The position numbers and the translations under genes are program-made. Of a DNA stretch of 64,000 bases, positions 39,678 to 52,271 are shown one piece after another. The stretch is taken from the NCBI GenBank assembly GCA_958009085.1, contig OY253674.1, forward strand, positions 682,001 to 746,000, given 5' to 3'. The notes beneath the pieces are model-generated. The model was given only the letters and a program-made list of their open reading frames with translations. It did not search any database and was not told where the DNA came from. The stretch's first letter is position 1. Every line of letters starts with the position of its first letter. Source of the stretch: Protoeuglena noctilucae (taxonomy: Eukaryota).

Positions 39678-40052
39678 GATCACACCGAGCGTCTCGAGCC
39701 AAGAGGGAGGCTGTCTCTGGATGCCGAAAAACCGCGCTGGCCTCGTCTCGCACGCACGACCGGGAGAGTCGCTGGCTCGCTCGGACAATAGGGCAGTCTG
39801 GGACACCTCGCGTCGCTTGGCTGAACTCGGCAAGAAACGCACGCATTGACAATGCCGCTCGGATCATTGTCGCTTCACACTGGCAACTCAGCCAACTGTC
39901 TGTTCGTCAGTAGGGTGCTTTTGCCGGCTGCCGGAGACAAATGAGAGCACTTTGCTGCAATGCATGGTATCTTTGCAGGGAATGTAGAGCATCAAACATT
40001 CATTAAGGCTCTGCCGTCCACGAGGCGCCCGCACATCGCTCGCGATGGGCCC

Positions 40053-41480
40053 ATGAGTCACTCAAATGTCCCGAAGCGCCGAGCGAAGCCGAAACGAGCG
40101 GAGGTAGTCGACGTGCCAGTGAACGTCAATTTGGATCCGCTGGGATGGGCGCGCGTCGTGCAGGAGGTCATCCACCACGTGCTTTTCATCCGAAACCAGA
40201 TCCCGGGTGCGCTGCCCGGGGCAGTGTGCCGACGAGCGAGGGCTGCATTGGCGCCGTGACTGCACAGGACGCTGCCCATGCGCACCGTGCAGCGAGGTCA
40301 GCACCCGCCACCACGCCCCGCCGCAGAGCTCTACGCCACCCTCCGCCAGCGCCACTGCGAGCTGGACCCGGGCTTCCGGGACGCCCCTGAACCGGGCGAG
40401 CGGCTGAGGAAGCTCCCCAGGAGTGAGAAGAAGGTGGCGAAACTCGTTGGGCAAGGCGAGCAGCCGCGAGCGTGCTCATGGCAAGGGCTTGCTCCGCATT
40501 TGACGCCCCGACACACCGTGTGCTGCTGGCCCCGCAGTCGAGGCGCTGGGGCGGGCGCTGCAGACCCCCGGTCTGTTCGTGCCCAACCAAGGGATCGTAG
40601 TGCACGTGGCTTTCGGGCCCTCGCCGACGCGGGCCAGGGAGGCGTATCAAATACGGGCGGTTGTCGCCCCACCGTCGCCAGTACCCCAGGCGAGGCCCGC
40701 TGCGCTCCCTCCCCCCGCTGCGGCGTCGCGTTGAAGTCGCGGGAGCACTTGCATCGAGCAGCGATGGCGCAGTTCGCGCAGGACGGCCCGGCGGGACGGG
40801 CGGAGGCGCGGTCGGTGCTGCGTGCGCTGATGGCGTGCATGGCGGGCGCGGCGGACGACGCGTGGAGCCAGGCGCCCGCGAGGCTGCACGTTTTGGTCGC
40901 GCGGCAGTGCGGCGCACAGGCCCTGCCAACCACGGCGGGGTTTGTCTTGAGGGAGGGGCTCCAACTACGCATGACGCGAGGGCGGGTGTACCGCATCCGA
41001 GCCACCAGCGAGGCCGAGGAGTGCACGCCGACCGCCGAACGGTGACGCGGTCGTGGGAGTGCTAGACACGGGAGGTGGGGATTGTGCTGTGGCGTGGTCG
41101 GCAAAGCACGCTCGGAGCCATCCCCGCAGGGACCCAGCCCCAGTGGCCGACAGCGCCATGGAGGACAGCGGCGCTGAAGGTGAGGCCGGCTGCTGTCCGA
41201 GGCACCGGGTACAGAACGCAGAGGCATTGAACAGTGACGGTGCATGCGCTCCCATCTAAGTCTTTGCAGGCGGCGCTCCGGTCGACCAGGGCCAGGCGGG
41301 ACTGGAGCCAGCACTCGAAACGGTGAGATGCGTCACGTCACGACGCCATGGCCCTATTCGTCTCAGTCCGCTGCCGATGTCGATTTCACGATATGCGCGA
41401 CGCCTGGGCCTGCGGCGCAGGGCGCTTGGGCGTGGCTCGCGTACCCGGCGATCAAAGGGCTCGGCGCTCCAGTGTCGTGA
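40053..41480 (+). CDS. MAD2L1BP: p31comet / MAD2L1-binding protein (HORMA fold)
   Basis: VIHHVLFIRNQIP, FGPSPTRAREAY, RLHVLV and the terminal WLAYPAIKGL correspond to conserved p31comet blocks. Confidence 0.75.
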
Positions 41481-42209
41481 CACCCTGAGCAAGCGCCCCA
41501 GCGGCTGGCCAGTCCTCACCGCGTGCGGAGCAGCGAGTTTGGGGCAGCTGGGGATCACAACTCGTCGTGGGCGTGGAACCCGCGGGGAGGCGAACGCGTA
41601 ATGAACCACAGGAATCCTAGCAAGCAGAGGGCGGCACCCGCAACTGCAGGCGCGGATCGGCCAGTGAGGATGTCTGGAAGCAACATCCGGTCGCGTATGA
41701 GCCCGCGTGTGCGAGCCCTCGGACCTAACCCCTCTGTCCGCTAGCTTTCTTGCGACTTGATGAAAGCATCAGCACTGCGCGTCGACTACCCCGCTGCGCC
41801 CTACCTTCGCGCGGGCTCGCTCACCGAACGTCGTCAGGACGGCGCCGCTGTTCCTCCTCCCCTCCACCATTTCTCACGCCACGCTCCCAACCTCTTCGTC
41901 TTCCAATCTGCTCGCACTACCGTCACGCCGTGCTCGTTTAAATGGCCCAGCGAGGCACTTCTGGCGGCTGACAGGTTTTGTAAGAATTTGAAAGATTGGG
42001 CGTGACGAGGGGAAGACTGCCGTGTTCAGCAACACATTGTCGTTCTGTCACAGTAGCAGAGCTCAGCGCAGAGCCGGCGACCCCCCACTGTCTCCACGAT
42101 TGCCAAGGCAATCGTGCAAACGTTGGGGATGCTTTCTCGCACCGAAATCGGCTTAGATATGCGCGCCGTGTCCCGACTCTAGCTCTCTAGTTTGCGTTCC
42201 GATCGCGAC

Positions 42210-43732
42210 ATGGCGGAGAGTGCGAGGGGGGCGCCAGCCCGCGTTCCGGCTGCGCGCCCGGTCGAGTATTTTGCGCGCTGCGACGACTGCCGGCAGTGGA
42301 GGCGCGTCCCCTACGAGGAGGTCGATAAGATAACGTCCAGTGACAAATGGTGCGAGTTGTCCTGGCGCGCGTGCCACCATCACCTCCCCTTCTCGTCTGC
42401 TTCGGATTTGCAACGCCTGGCCGCCCTCCTCGCAGGCACTGTGCGCAGAACTCGGACCCGGCATTCCAGTCGTGCCACGTGCCTCAAGACGTCACCGCTG
42501 CGGAGGTCCGCGCCATGCTCGCCCGCCACCACCCCGGCCTCGAGGCCCTCAGCCCACCTGACCCCGACAAGTACCAGCGCATCGCGGAGCATCGGCCGCA
42601 CACCGCATCGCTCCTCCCGCAGGCGAGAGCGGGATTGAGTTGGAGCGCGACACTTTTGCCACAGCAGAGACCAGGAAGCGGTCATCCTTCACACGTTCAC
42701 CCACAGAGGCCGCCTTGCCGCCAAATGCTCACCCCCAAGGGCATGCCTTGCTTGCAGGAGGACTGCGTGCCGATTTGCGCGTGCTCCAGGGCCGGCAATG
42801 CGTCGTGCGACCCCGCCACGTGCTCCAACGCCCTCCTGCGCGTCGAGTGCTTCCGCGGCGGCCCGGCCGCGCCGTGCTGGCAGACGGGCGAGGAACGGTG
42901 CCGCAACCACCGGGTGCTGGCGAAGGCCCCGGTCGCCGTGCGAGTGGGCCGCGGGGGTCCCAAGGGCTTTGGCCTCTTCTGCACCTCGCCCACGCCCGCC
43001 GGGGCATTCGTCATGAGGGTGGAAGGCGATCCCATCACCCCCGACCAGGCCTTGCAGGAGATGCTGCGGTCGGCGGCGCAGGTGCCCAACAGCGCCGCTG
43101 CCTCTCCCCGCTGAGCCCAGCAGGGCCGTCTGAGTTTGGAGTAGCCACGCCACACCACAGCGACCCCGTGCACAGCGATGACGCCTGGGCTCATTCCCTC
43201 GCCCACGCAGGGCGAAAGGCATCTCTACCTGTTCCGGCTGGGTCCCTCCGGATTCCTCGACTGCCGTGCCCGCGGCAACGAGGGCCGCTTCCTGAACCAC
43301 TCGTGCGACCCCAACTGCGAGCTCCAGGCCTGGCGTGCCGACGGATGCCTGGTGCTGTGCCTGTTCGCCATCAGGTGCGCCATGCGCGGATAAGCGATTC
43401 GAAAGCCCTCGCCGCATCCTTGGCGCGTCTGGTAGAGGTCAGCGCTAGAGCCACTCTCGTCGACTGGCCCACCCCACATGCATGGCATGGCGTATGGTCC
43501 GATGGCATATGGTCCGGCATTCACAGGCGTCGAGCCACGCCCTCGCAGAGACATTGCGCCCGGGGAGGAGCTGACCGTCGACTACGGCATCGAGGGGTAC
43601 GGGCTCAAGGCCTTTCCCTGCCTGTGCCTCTCCAGTCGCTGCCGTGGTTTCGTCGGCGCACGGGGGGAGAAACTGCCAGACAAGGCGGAGCTGCAGGCTC
43701 GAGAGGACTGCTCTGCGTGGCCGGAGCCCCAG
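42210..43732 (+). CDS. CW-AWS-SET-postSET histone lysine methyltransferase module (ASHH2/SDG8-like); no stop codon, frame continues downstream
   Basis: CW finger RCDDCRQWR...W|HC...SCHVPQ, Cys-rich AWS segment, KGFGLF, RFLNHSCDPNC, DIAPGEELTVDY and post-SET CLCLSSRCRG. Confidence 0.88.
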
Positions 43733-43888
43733 GTGAGGCGCGCACGGCAGAGGCGCAGGATGCATAGACGGGCGGGAGTCGTCGGTGCTTGCCGTCCCTT
43801 TCAACACGACCCCACTTGCAAACGCCGCCCAGACGAAGCCTCAAGTACTACCCGCAACGACCACGCCTCGCTCTGTGCTTTTCCGCAG

Positions 43889-46800
43889 GCCGTGGACCCC
43901 ATTGCAGTCGCTGCACCTGCGGCCGTCGCCACCGCGCCCGTGACCCCTCCGCCCGACCCCGGCACAATGTCGCGAGGCAGGGGTCCCCAGGGCCGGCCCG
44001 TCGCCGAGTCTCTGGCAGACGAGCTCGCCCGAGCCGGTGCGGGAGACGCGGGGCCGTACTCCCCAGGGGGCGCTGCCAGCCCGCGTGTGTCGGGCGCGGG
44101 GAGGTCGGCGCTGGCGGAGGCTTTGGCTGCGGAGTCTCAGGCCAGCAGCCCGGTGCGGCAGCTCTTCTCTGCCGGGTCCGCGTCCGGTTTCGCTCCCGGG
44201 ATCGTCCCTGCCATCAACGCCCCGGGGCACTCCCCAAGGACACCGCACCGTGCGGGCGCTACTGCGGAGATCCACCCCAATGGTGACCAGGGCCAGGCTG
44301 ACGGCGCTGACGACTCCATGCCCGAGGTGCCAAACGTCGATCTGGGTCCGTCGTTTATCGCCGAGTTTGGGGGTGGCGTCCGCGTCGACTCGGGGGAAGG
44401 AGACGATCCAACAGCGACCGACACTGTAGTGACGGGGGCAGCAGCACCCTCGGCACAGGAGGGGCCGGCGCTGAAGAAGCCAGGGCTCCTGCGACGGCTC
44501 TTCGCGCGGTCTCGGAGCCCCACGCCCCCCAGGAAGCGGCCTGGCAGCCAGTCGGGCCCAAGCGAGGGCGCAGGGACTGCGGGGAAGGAGGGGCGCACGG
44601 GTGGGGCGGGGAGGACGAAGGCGCTGCCGGCGACGGGGCAGGGCGGGGCCAGAGACGCTGGCGGTGTCTCGAACCCTCAGGGCCCGGCTGAGGCCAGCAG
44701 CCCACCGGCGCGTGACAGCAGCCGCCCCAAGAGCCGAGGGCGGCTCGGGTGCGGCCTGCGCGCCGAGACCGCCTCCATGGACCAGGATCCACATCAGGTC
44801 CACCCGAGCTCCAAGCACGGGCTCGTTGGGCGTTCTGGGGTCCCCGTGCCGGGCTCCAAGGGTCCGACGACGCCGGGCCCAACGCAGGCGCCCTCGCGCC
44901 CCAGAGCTGCCTCGGCCCCGCGCCATCGCTCGCCCATCGCGGGGTGCCTGGGGATCCTCCCGCGCTCCGAGTCGCACACCGCCGCGCGGCGGGGGCCCAT
45001 GGCCCTGCCCCGCGTCCTGCAGCGGCCACAGCCCGAGGACCCGATGCCGCTTGGGGCGCTGGGCCCGGGGCGGTGCGTGGCCGTGCTCCGGCCGCCCCTG
45101 CCCTGGGTGGCGAGGGGCGCGGCGCCGACCCCGGACGCCTGGCGGGAGCTCCTCTGGGCGGCGGGGGCCTGCGACGCGGGCCGGCCACGGTGGGGCGACG
45201 GCGCTGGCGGGGCGCTCGGGCGCAGCCCCGAGGGGCCCCCTTCCGACCAAGCATCCGCGTGCGACTACCTCTGCGACGTGCTCGACGCGGCCTCGACCCT
45301 CCTGGCTGCGTACGCCTCCCGCGCTGTGCCGGTCCCCGCCTCGGTGGACCGTGCCACGCTCGCGCGGCTCTTTGCGCAGCAGGCCACCGCCGCCCTCCGC
45401 CGCATCTCGGGGTCGGACGCGGCGAGCACCGCCCCGCTCGCGCGCGCGACCCACGCGATGCTGGGCGTGCTGGAGAGGTGCGCAGTCCTGGCGGGCGGGC
45501 CCCGGGAGGGGTGGGCCCTGCTCACGGGCGCGCGCCTGACGCAGGGTCACGTGGTGCTGTCGGCCGGCACGCACCTGGCCGAGGTCGCGCGATGCGAAGG
45601 GGACGCGTCCGTGGCCCGCCGCGCACGCCGCCTTCTGGCAGCATGCACCGACGGCACCCCACTGGACTTTGTGTCGCTCGAGGGGCCTCCGGAGCCTCAC
45701 GCGGGCGCTCACGGGGCGCCGTGGCGGGCGGATGACGGCCCCGCCACGCCTCCGCGGGGCCAGGTCCGCGGAACCGGCGCCTTTGGGACCGAGGAGGGGC
45801 CGCTGCACCGGGACCACGACCTGCCGTCGCCAGACCTGCACCCGCCCCTGCCCTCCGCGAGCCCAGGGGCCCTGCCGCCGGCGCCCGACCGCAGCCACGC
45901 GGGACCACACAGCCCCTTCGGGAGCCCCCAGAGCCCCGCGCCGCACCCCAGGCGTCGCACGGGCAAGACCGCGATTGGGGACGGGCAGCGGGGTGCGGTC
46001 CGCGGCGCGGTCGGGGCGTCGGACTCGGACGTGCTCCCGCTCATGCGCAGCCTGGACGCCCACGTGGGGAGCATCGCGGAGAGTATGAGGGGCGACGCGT
46101 CGCTGGGCCTCAGGCGGCGGCTGGACGAGGCCATCCTGGCGGTGGCGCGGTCGATCGAAGGCCTCGCGGCCGCACAGCAGCATGCGCAGCCGGCGGGCGC
46201 GCCCCACGGGCCGGCTGGGTCGCCGGGGCGGAGCACGGGACGCGGGATGCCTGAGGCAGGCACGCCCCGCACGCAGCAGGGGACTGCCGGACCCGGGATC
46301 GGCGCTAAGCAAGGTCCGGTGACTGCGCGCTTGGTGGCGGACGGGGGGGATCCCGGAGGGGTAGCAAGTGTTGGGCGGACGCCTCCGGTGTCATGTGCAC
46401 CCATGTCAGGCGCAGGGCAGCTGCCAGGAACGATGCCGGTCCCGTACAGCGGCCTAGGGACGAGGGGTGGGGAGGACCTTATGGGGACGGTGGGGATGGA
46501 AGCCACCGCGGCACACAGCCTGCGTGCGCGGGAGCTGGCCGGCCGCGCGAGGGCCGAGCTGGGCCAGCGGCTGGAGAGCAAGGCCCGGCTGCTGGCGGCG
46601 CTGGCCGCAGACGCGCCGCCGGTGGGGGCCACGGACAGAGACGATCCCGCGTCGCTGCCCGATCTGATCCGCACGGCTGTCGCAGCGGACAGCGGGGACT
46701 GGGGACCTGGCCGGCGTGGCGGGGGCGGCGTCCGTGCCTCGCAGCCCTCTGCGGTGCTCGCGGACGTGAGCGCGGTCGGCGCCAGCGCGGACGGTCGCCT

Positions 46801-49800
46801 CGGGGAGTCGTCTGGCCAGGCGGCAGACGCGGCGTTTGACGGTGCGCCTTCGGGCACGCCCCAGGGCCCGCAGCTGCCGATGGAGGTGTCAGAAGAGACG
46901 GAAGATGCGCCGCTCGTAGCCGACAGCGAGCATCGGAGCGGGTCATCGGGCGTCGGTGAGCTGGACGACACGGGCGACACGACACAAGGGCAGCGGGACA
47001 CCGGGGAGGGTGCGCAAGGCCTGGGGACCCGGCAGGGGGTACCGGCGGCCCTCCACACGCGAGCGGGGGCCGAGGCGTCGCTCCGTCGGTTCCTGTCCCG
47101 CTTCCTCGGAGTGCCGTTGCTTGCGAGGGGGTCTGGGGATGCTCTGAGAGACTCTGTGGGACAAGGGCCGAGTGCGCGCGAGGGGTGGGGCGCAGGGCAG
47201 GACGGCGCGGCGGCGCTGTGGCCGGGGTACGTCGCGCCGGTGGACGCACGGGACAGGGGTCTGGCGGAGGGGCTGGCGATGCTGCGTGCGCGGGCAAGGC
47301 TGGTGGACGGGAGCCCGGACGTGGCCGCCATTGCTGAGGTGCTGGGGGACAGCGAGAGCGACGTGTCGAGGGAGATGAGGTGAGCTGAGCTATATGCGTG
47401 GTTTTGGAGGGTGGGAGTGAGTCTGTTGGGCAGCGCCGAGCATTGGGGCTTAGACAGGGCTGATGTGCGCTTCGTTGGCAGGGTGGCTGATTAGGACGCG
47501 TGAAGCATTAGCCCCCGTGTCCGCGCAGGAGGGAGGCGGCGCGCCTTCGCCACCGGGAACGCCGGCGCCGGCTGCGCAAGGAGTGGGAGGGAGAGGGCCG
47601 AGGGCCCCAGGACAGCGATGCCCACGACGTCCAGGATTCAATCCGATACGATCCGGGGATACCCCTGCTGCGCGCCGGCAAGGGACATTCTGCGGGAGAG
47701 TCGTGGATGGAGGGGCGGCCGGCGGCGTCTGGCCCAGGCGCGCTCCGGCTGCCGTCGACGGTTCTCGCGCCCACGCCGGCCACGAGGCCCCGCGCCCTGC
47801 TGCTGACGCACCAGGACATCGCTCGGCTCGAGACTGGGGCCTATCCTGCGCGCCGAGACGCGCCAATGGTGCGGCACCGGGGAGTGTCTGGGTCGGACGG
47901 GGCGAGTGAGGCGCATGTGAGGCCGACGCACGGAAGGGAGGGGAGCAGCCCTGCATCGGTGACATCCTCCGAGGGGACTCGCGCGGCGGCGGGGAGGGGT
48001 CCACGGGGCGTGGAGCGGCTATGGCCCGGCGCAGGGAGGGGCGCCGCTGGGTCCGAGCACTCCACGGGCGTCGGCGCTTTCGACAGCGAGGCGGGCCGTG
48101 CGCGAGGGGCCCCCTCGCAGCGTCAGGGCAATAACGGGGCTCACGGAACTGCTACGGATCTGTCCCCGGATGACGCCTTCTGGCTCGACTCCCTGCTCGC
48201 CTTGGCGGGAGGAGCGACGGGGGACGGCCACAGTGCGCCCGCAGAGGCCAGGCCGGCCGGGGTGGCGGAGAACGGCAGGTCTTCGGTCGCACGGGAAGCT
48301 CTGGCGGCAGGGGCAGGGCCTCTGCTGGACGAACCCACACGGCATCTGGCGGGGGCGATGGACCGACTGGGCCTCGTCTTGCAGGGCGTCATGCGGCACG
48401 CCGCTGCAGCTGCGCCCGCCCCTGCGCCCGCTGCGGCCACACCGGCTCCTGCGCGCGGTGAGGGTCGGGGCCGGGCCTCGCGAAGGGTTGAGGGGAGCCC
48501 AGGCGAAGGGGGCCGGACGCCCCGGCACGGTCGGGCGCGAGAGGCGGGGAGCAGCGCGGAGGGGGCGTCGTGGGGTGACGAGGAGACGCGACGTGGGGCG
48601 GAGGTTGCTGGGAACGAGGGAGCGGGACCTGGGGCCTACCACAGACAAGCTGGGGACGCTGGGCGGATTGACGGGGAGGGGCTGCGGTGGCGCGACCCCG
48701 TCCCGGCTGCGTTCGAGGAGATCCTGGCGGCGCAGCAGGCGCAGGCAGAGCGGGCTCTGGCGCGGCTGCGGCAGATGGAGGACGCGATATGGGCGGCGGC
48801 TGAGGGCGGCGACCGGGGCGGGGACGCGGTGGACGCGGCGATCGGGGCCGCGGCCGGGCAGTGGCGCGGGGCGGGCATGGGGTCGGGGGCCGCGAGTCGC
48901 GCGGCGGGGTGTCCGAGAAGTGATGACGCGGGTCCCAAGGGCAGCCAGGCGTCCGGCCGCAGGAGTGGGGGCAAGCATGTGCATGAGACCGTTGGGGTGC
49001 AAATGCGGCCGGCCCCGCGCACGAGCGTGGGGGGTTCCGGGGAGGGCGGGGTGCTGCGCCTGCGGGGCGGGGCTCCGGGCACTGAGGGGTGGGGCTGGGG
49101 GTTCAGCCGAGGCTCAGGGGCGGTCCTGCGGCTGCGAGGCGGTGCGGATTCGGGAGACGGGTTGCCGGGAGGGACGGCGTCGGGGGACGCGGATGCGGAG
49201 CGCGTGGCTTGGCTGGGGGGGTCGGGCGTGGGGGTGGCGGCTGCTTATCGGTACGGGGACGATGAGGGCGGCCTGACTGACGTGGACGAGACGGCGGTGG
49301 AGGAGGAGGGCGGGGAGGGGCCCGAGGAGCGGGAGGCGGTGCTGGTGGGGGCGACGGGGTACGAGTGGATGAGTGACCGCAACACGCCCCGCGTGACACG
49401 GCTGTCGGAAGACCAGTGGGAGCCGTGGGACCAGGGCGCGGGTGCTGCGGCGCTGGAGGTGCATGTTGAGGGCCTCTCTGAGAAGGCAGAGCCGAGTTCG
49501 CAAGCTCCCAGCCACGCCGGGCCCGGACCTGCAATGACGGTCCCCGCCTCACGAGAGGGGAGCACCTGGGTCCGGCACGGGGCCGCGGCGGCCCGCGGCG
49601 CCTGGGCCCACGCGTACCCTCGCCCGTCTGGCCTTCCCGTGCACCGTGCGAGCCCCCGGCGGATCGGGGCGGACCCCTTCCTGCCCCTCCTGCGGTGGGT
49701 GACGCAGCGGCCGACGGAGCTCACCGTGCGCTTCGGCCTCGGCACCCGGCCGCCCCACGCTTTCGCGGCGCTGCTGACGGCGCTGGTCCCGGAGATGCCG

Positions 49801-51921
49801 GACGAGCACCGGGCGTACGTGCTGGCGGCAGCAGAGTGCGCTGGGTGGGTCCCGGCAGAAGCGCAGCCGCGTGAGGCGGGCACCTCAGGCGAGGGGCGCT
49901 CTACCTCTATTGAGGAGATTTCCGCGGGGATCGATCTCCCGACCTTCCGGGCGGTCGTCGTGCGGCAAGCGCGGCTGGCGCGTGTGGCGCACGGCCTGAC
50001 GCGCGGGGAGGAGCGGGCCGCGGTCGCCCGGGCAGCGCGAGCGCGACTGGCGGAGGTCGGGGCCCCCGGCCTCGCGTGGATGTTCGCCGCGCTGTCGGAC
50101 CTGACCGCCGGGCGGGGGGGCGCCGTCCGCGCACCAGCCGCGCCCCTCCTGGCCGCCCTCCTGGGCCCTTCGGAGCCCGGAGCCCCCGGGGTCTTCGGCC
50201 CAGCCCGGGACGCGTGCCTCACGCAGCCAGACGGGCCGGGGCTGCTCCTCGCCATGCTGTTTCACTGGCGCTCCATCGACGCGAGGGGCGGCGTGGACCT
50301 CTTTGGCCTCACCCGCTGCCTGGAGCCCCTGCCCCGCGCTGCCTCCGACCCCTTCGCGGACCTGGCGCCCTCAGCGACCGAGCCGGCCGCCCCGGAGGCG
50401 CTCCCTGCGCTGGACACCACGCGCGGCACGAACACGAGCCCCGCTCCTTCGTTCTCGTTCGAGCCAGAGCACCCCACGTCCTCTGTGATACTGGAGCCGA
50501 TCAGCCCGCACTCCGGGGCCATCGGCGCCGGGCGTGGGGGCGGGGAACGTGCAGGTGCAGAGACGGGGCCGCGAGGCGCCAACCACGCCCACCGCCCCGG
50601 CACCCGAGGTCGGGCGGCGGCGGCAGTGGCGTCGCCGGCCAAGTCCGCGCTGCGCAAGTCGCCCTCGCGTGGGGCTGCGGCTGCCATGGCCAAGTCCGCA
50701 GACGATGACCTCGCCCCCGGGAGCACAGAAGGGAACCAAGAAGGGAATCGAGCGGGCGATGCCGATGAGGACGACGGTGTCATCCCGCACCAGTTCAGTC
50801 ACCTGGGCCACGCCGCTCAGGTCGCGCTCCGTGCCTACTACGGGGCACAGCCTGGGCCCTCAGCGCAGCCCAGCTCCTCCACGCAGCCCGGCCCCACAAG
50901 CGCCTCGGTCAGCGCCGCCCCCCCGCCGAGCCACGTCTTCTTGGTTATCAACAACTTCCCTGTTGAGTCAGCGGGTGCTTGCGAAGACGCGGGTGGGGAG
51001 GCGAGCGAGGAAGGCGACGTGTGCAAGCCCGAGGATCCTGATGCCGGGCGTGAGAGTACAAGTACAGCTGCGGCGGACGGCACCGGGCGTGGGGCTGCGG
51101 AGGCGCTGCTACCCACGGGAACGCTCCCCGAGGAGCTGGGGGCAGTGATCAAGCAGATGGGCGGCGCGGAGGCGGTGATGCGGGCCCTCACGCGCGGGGC
51201 CGACGCGACGGCGGTCGTGCTGGGCGGCGGGGACGTCGAGGCGATCGAGGGAGCCCTCGAGGCGCAGCGGCAGGCGGCGCGCCGGCGGCAGCTGGGGCGC
51301 TGGAGGGCGGCCGGGGGTGCCCGGGGCGCTCGGGCCGACGCCGTGTTGGCGAGGCGCGTGGCGCGGGCGGTGGCTGCCGCGCCGCCGCGCTTCGCTGGGG
51401 ACGCTTACGGGGCAAAGCCGAGCAGTGGTGTACTCCGGGAAGAGGACGACGGGCAGGCCGTGCATCAAGAGACGCCATCGTCGGGAGGCGAGGAAGACGC
51501 TGAGGCGACCGTGGTGTCGAGCGCATCGGGCGAAGAGGGCGACCGCGTCGCTGCGGCGCGTGCCAAGGAAGCAGAGGCGCTCAGGACCCTCGCGGCAGCG
51601 CAGGACGCGCTCCGGCAGGCGGCGCGCGAGGCTGCCGAGGCGCAGCTGGCGTCGGTGACGGGGGGCGTTCGTGACTTGGAGGCGATGGCGGCGAGGGCGG
51701 AGGAGGGGGCGCAGGAGACGTGGCGGTGCGTTGGGACCACGGCGGGGCCTCACGGCACCGTTTCTTCCATCGCCCGCGCAGAGCACGTTTTGCGAACCAA
51801 GCTTGCTCGCCCTCGCCGCAGGCTTCTGGCGATGCTGGAGGAGCAGGGCCGGCGGAGGCGAGTAGAGGCGATCGACGCAGCCCTGGCGGAGATTGACCGC
51901 ATCAAAGCCCTGACCGCTTAG
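43889..51921 (+). CDS. Giant mostly low-complexity protein (~2,600 aa) with helical segments, two VLRLRGG motifs and a C-terminal coiled coil; probably continuous with the SET module
   Basis: The 1301-aa and 1404-aa ORFs are joined in frame by a phase-2 intron at 47380-47528 (AG|GTGAGC ... CGCAG|G), giving ...SREMRREAARLRHRERRRRLRKEW. A likely last intron lies at 51726-51821. Confidence 0.7.
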
Positions 51922-52271
51922 TGCAGTGGGGTGGGTATCTGGCACATGCATCGTCTTCAAATGGCAGACATCGGCTTTGATGCGGCATTTGCGGCATTTG
52001 CGTGGCAAGCATGAAGGTGGTGGAGAAGAACGTTCGCGGGGCGGTGGCCATGCGTGCAAAGAACCACGCATACTCTCAAGTCAAGCCGCCGCTGGTGGTT
52101 ACGACGAGACCACAGAGGGGCTCTAATAGGGATCACGCACGTGCACGCCGCGCTCGTGGATTGGGCCACAGGCAGCAGGTGCGCGGGTCGTTGGCGGAAC
52201 GGAACGGACGGGCGGGACGGGTCACGACCCAGCGAGGTACAGCCCTGGAAGGTCAGCGCTCGGCGGGGCTG

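Noticed and set aside
41481..42209. Short ORFs between p31comet and the SET gene
   Set aside because: No recognisable motifs or splice-supported structure. This is probably UTR and promoter sequence.
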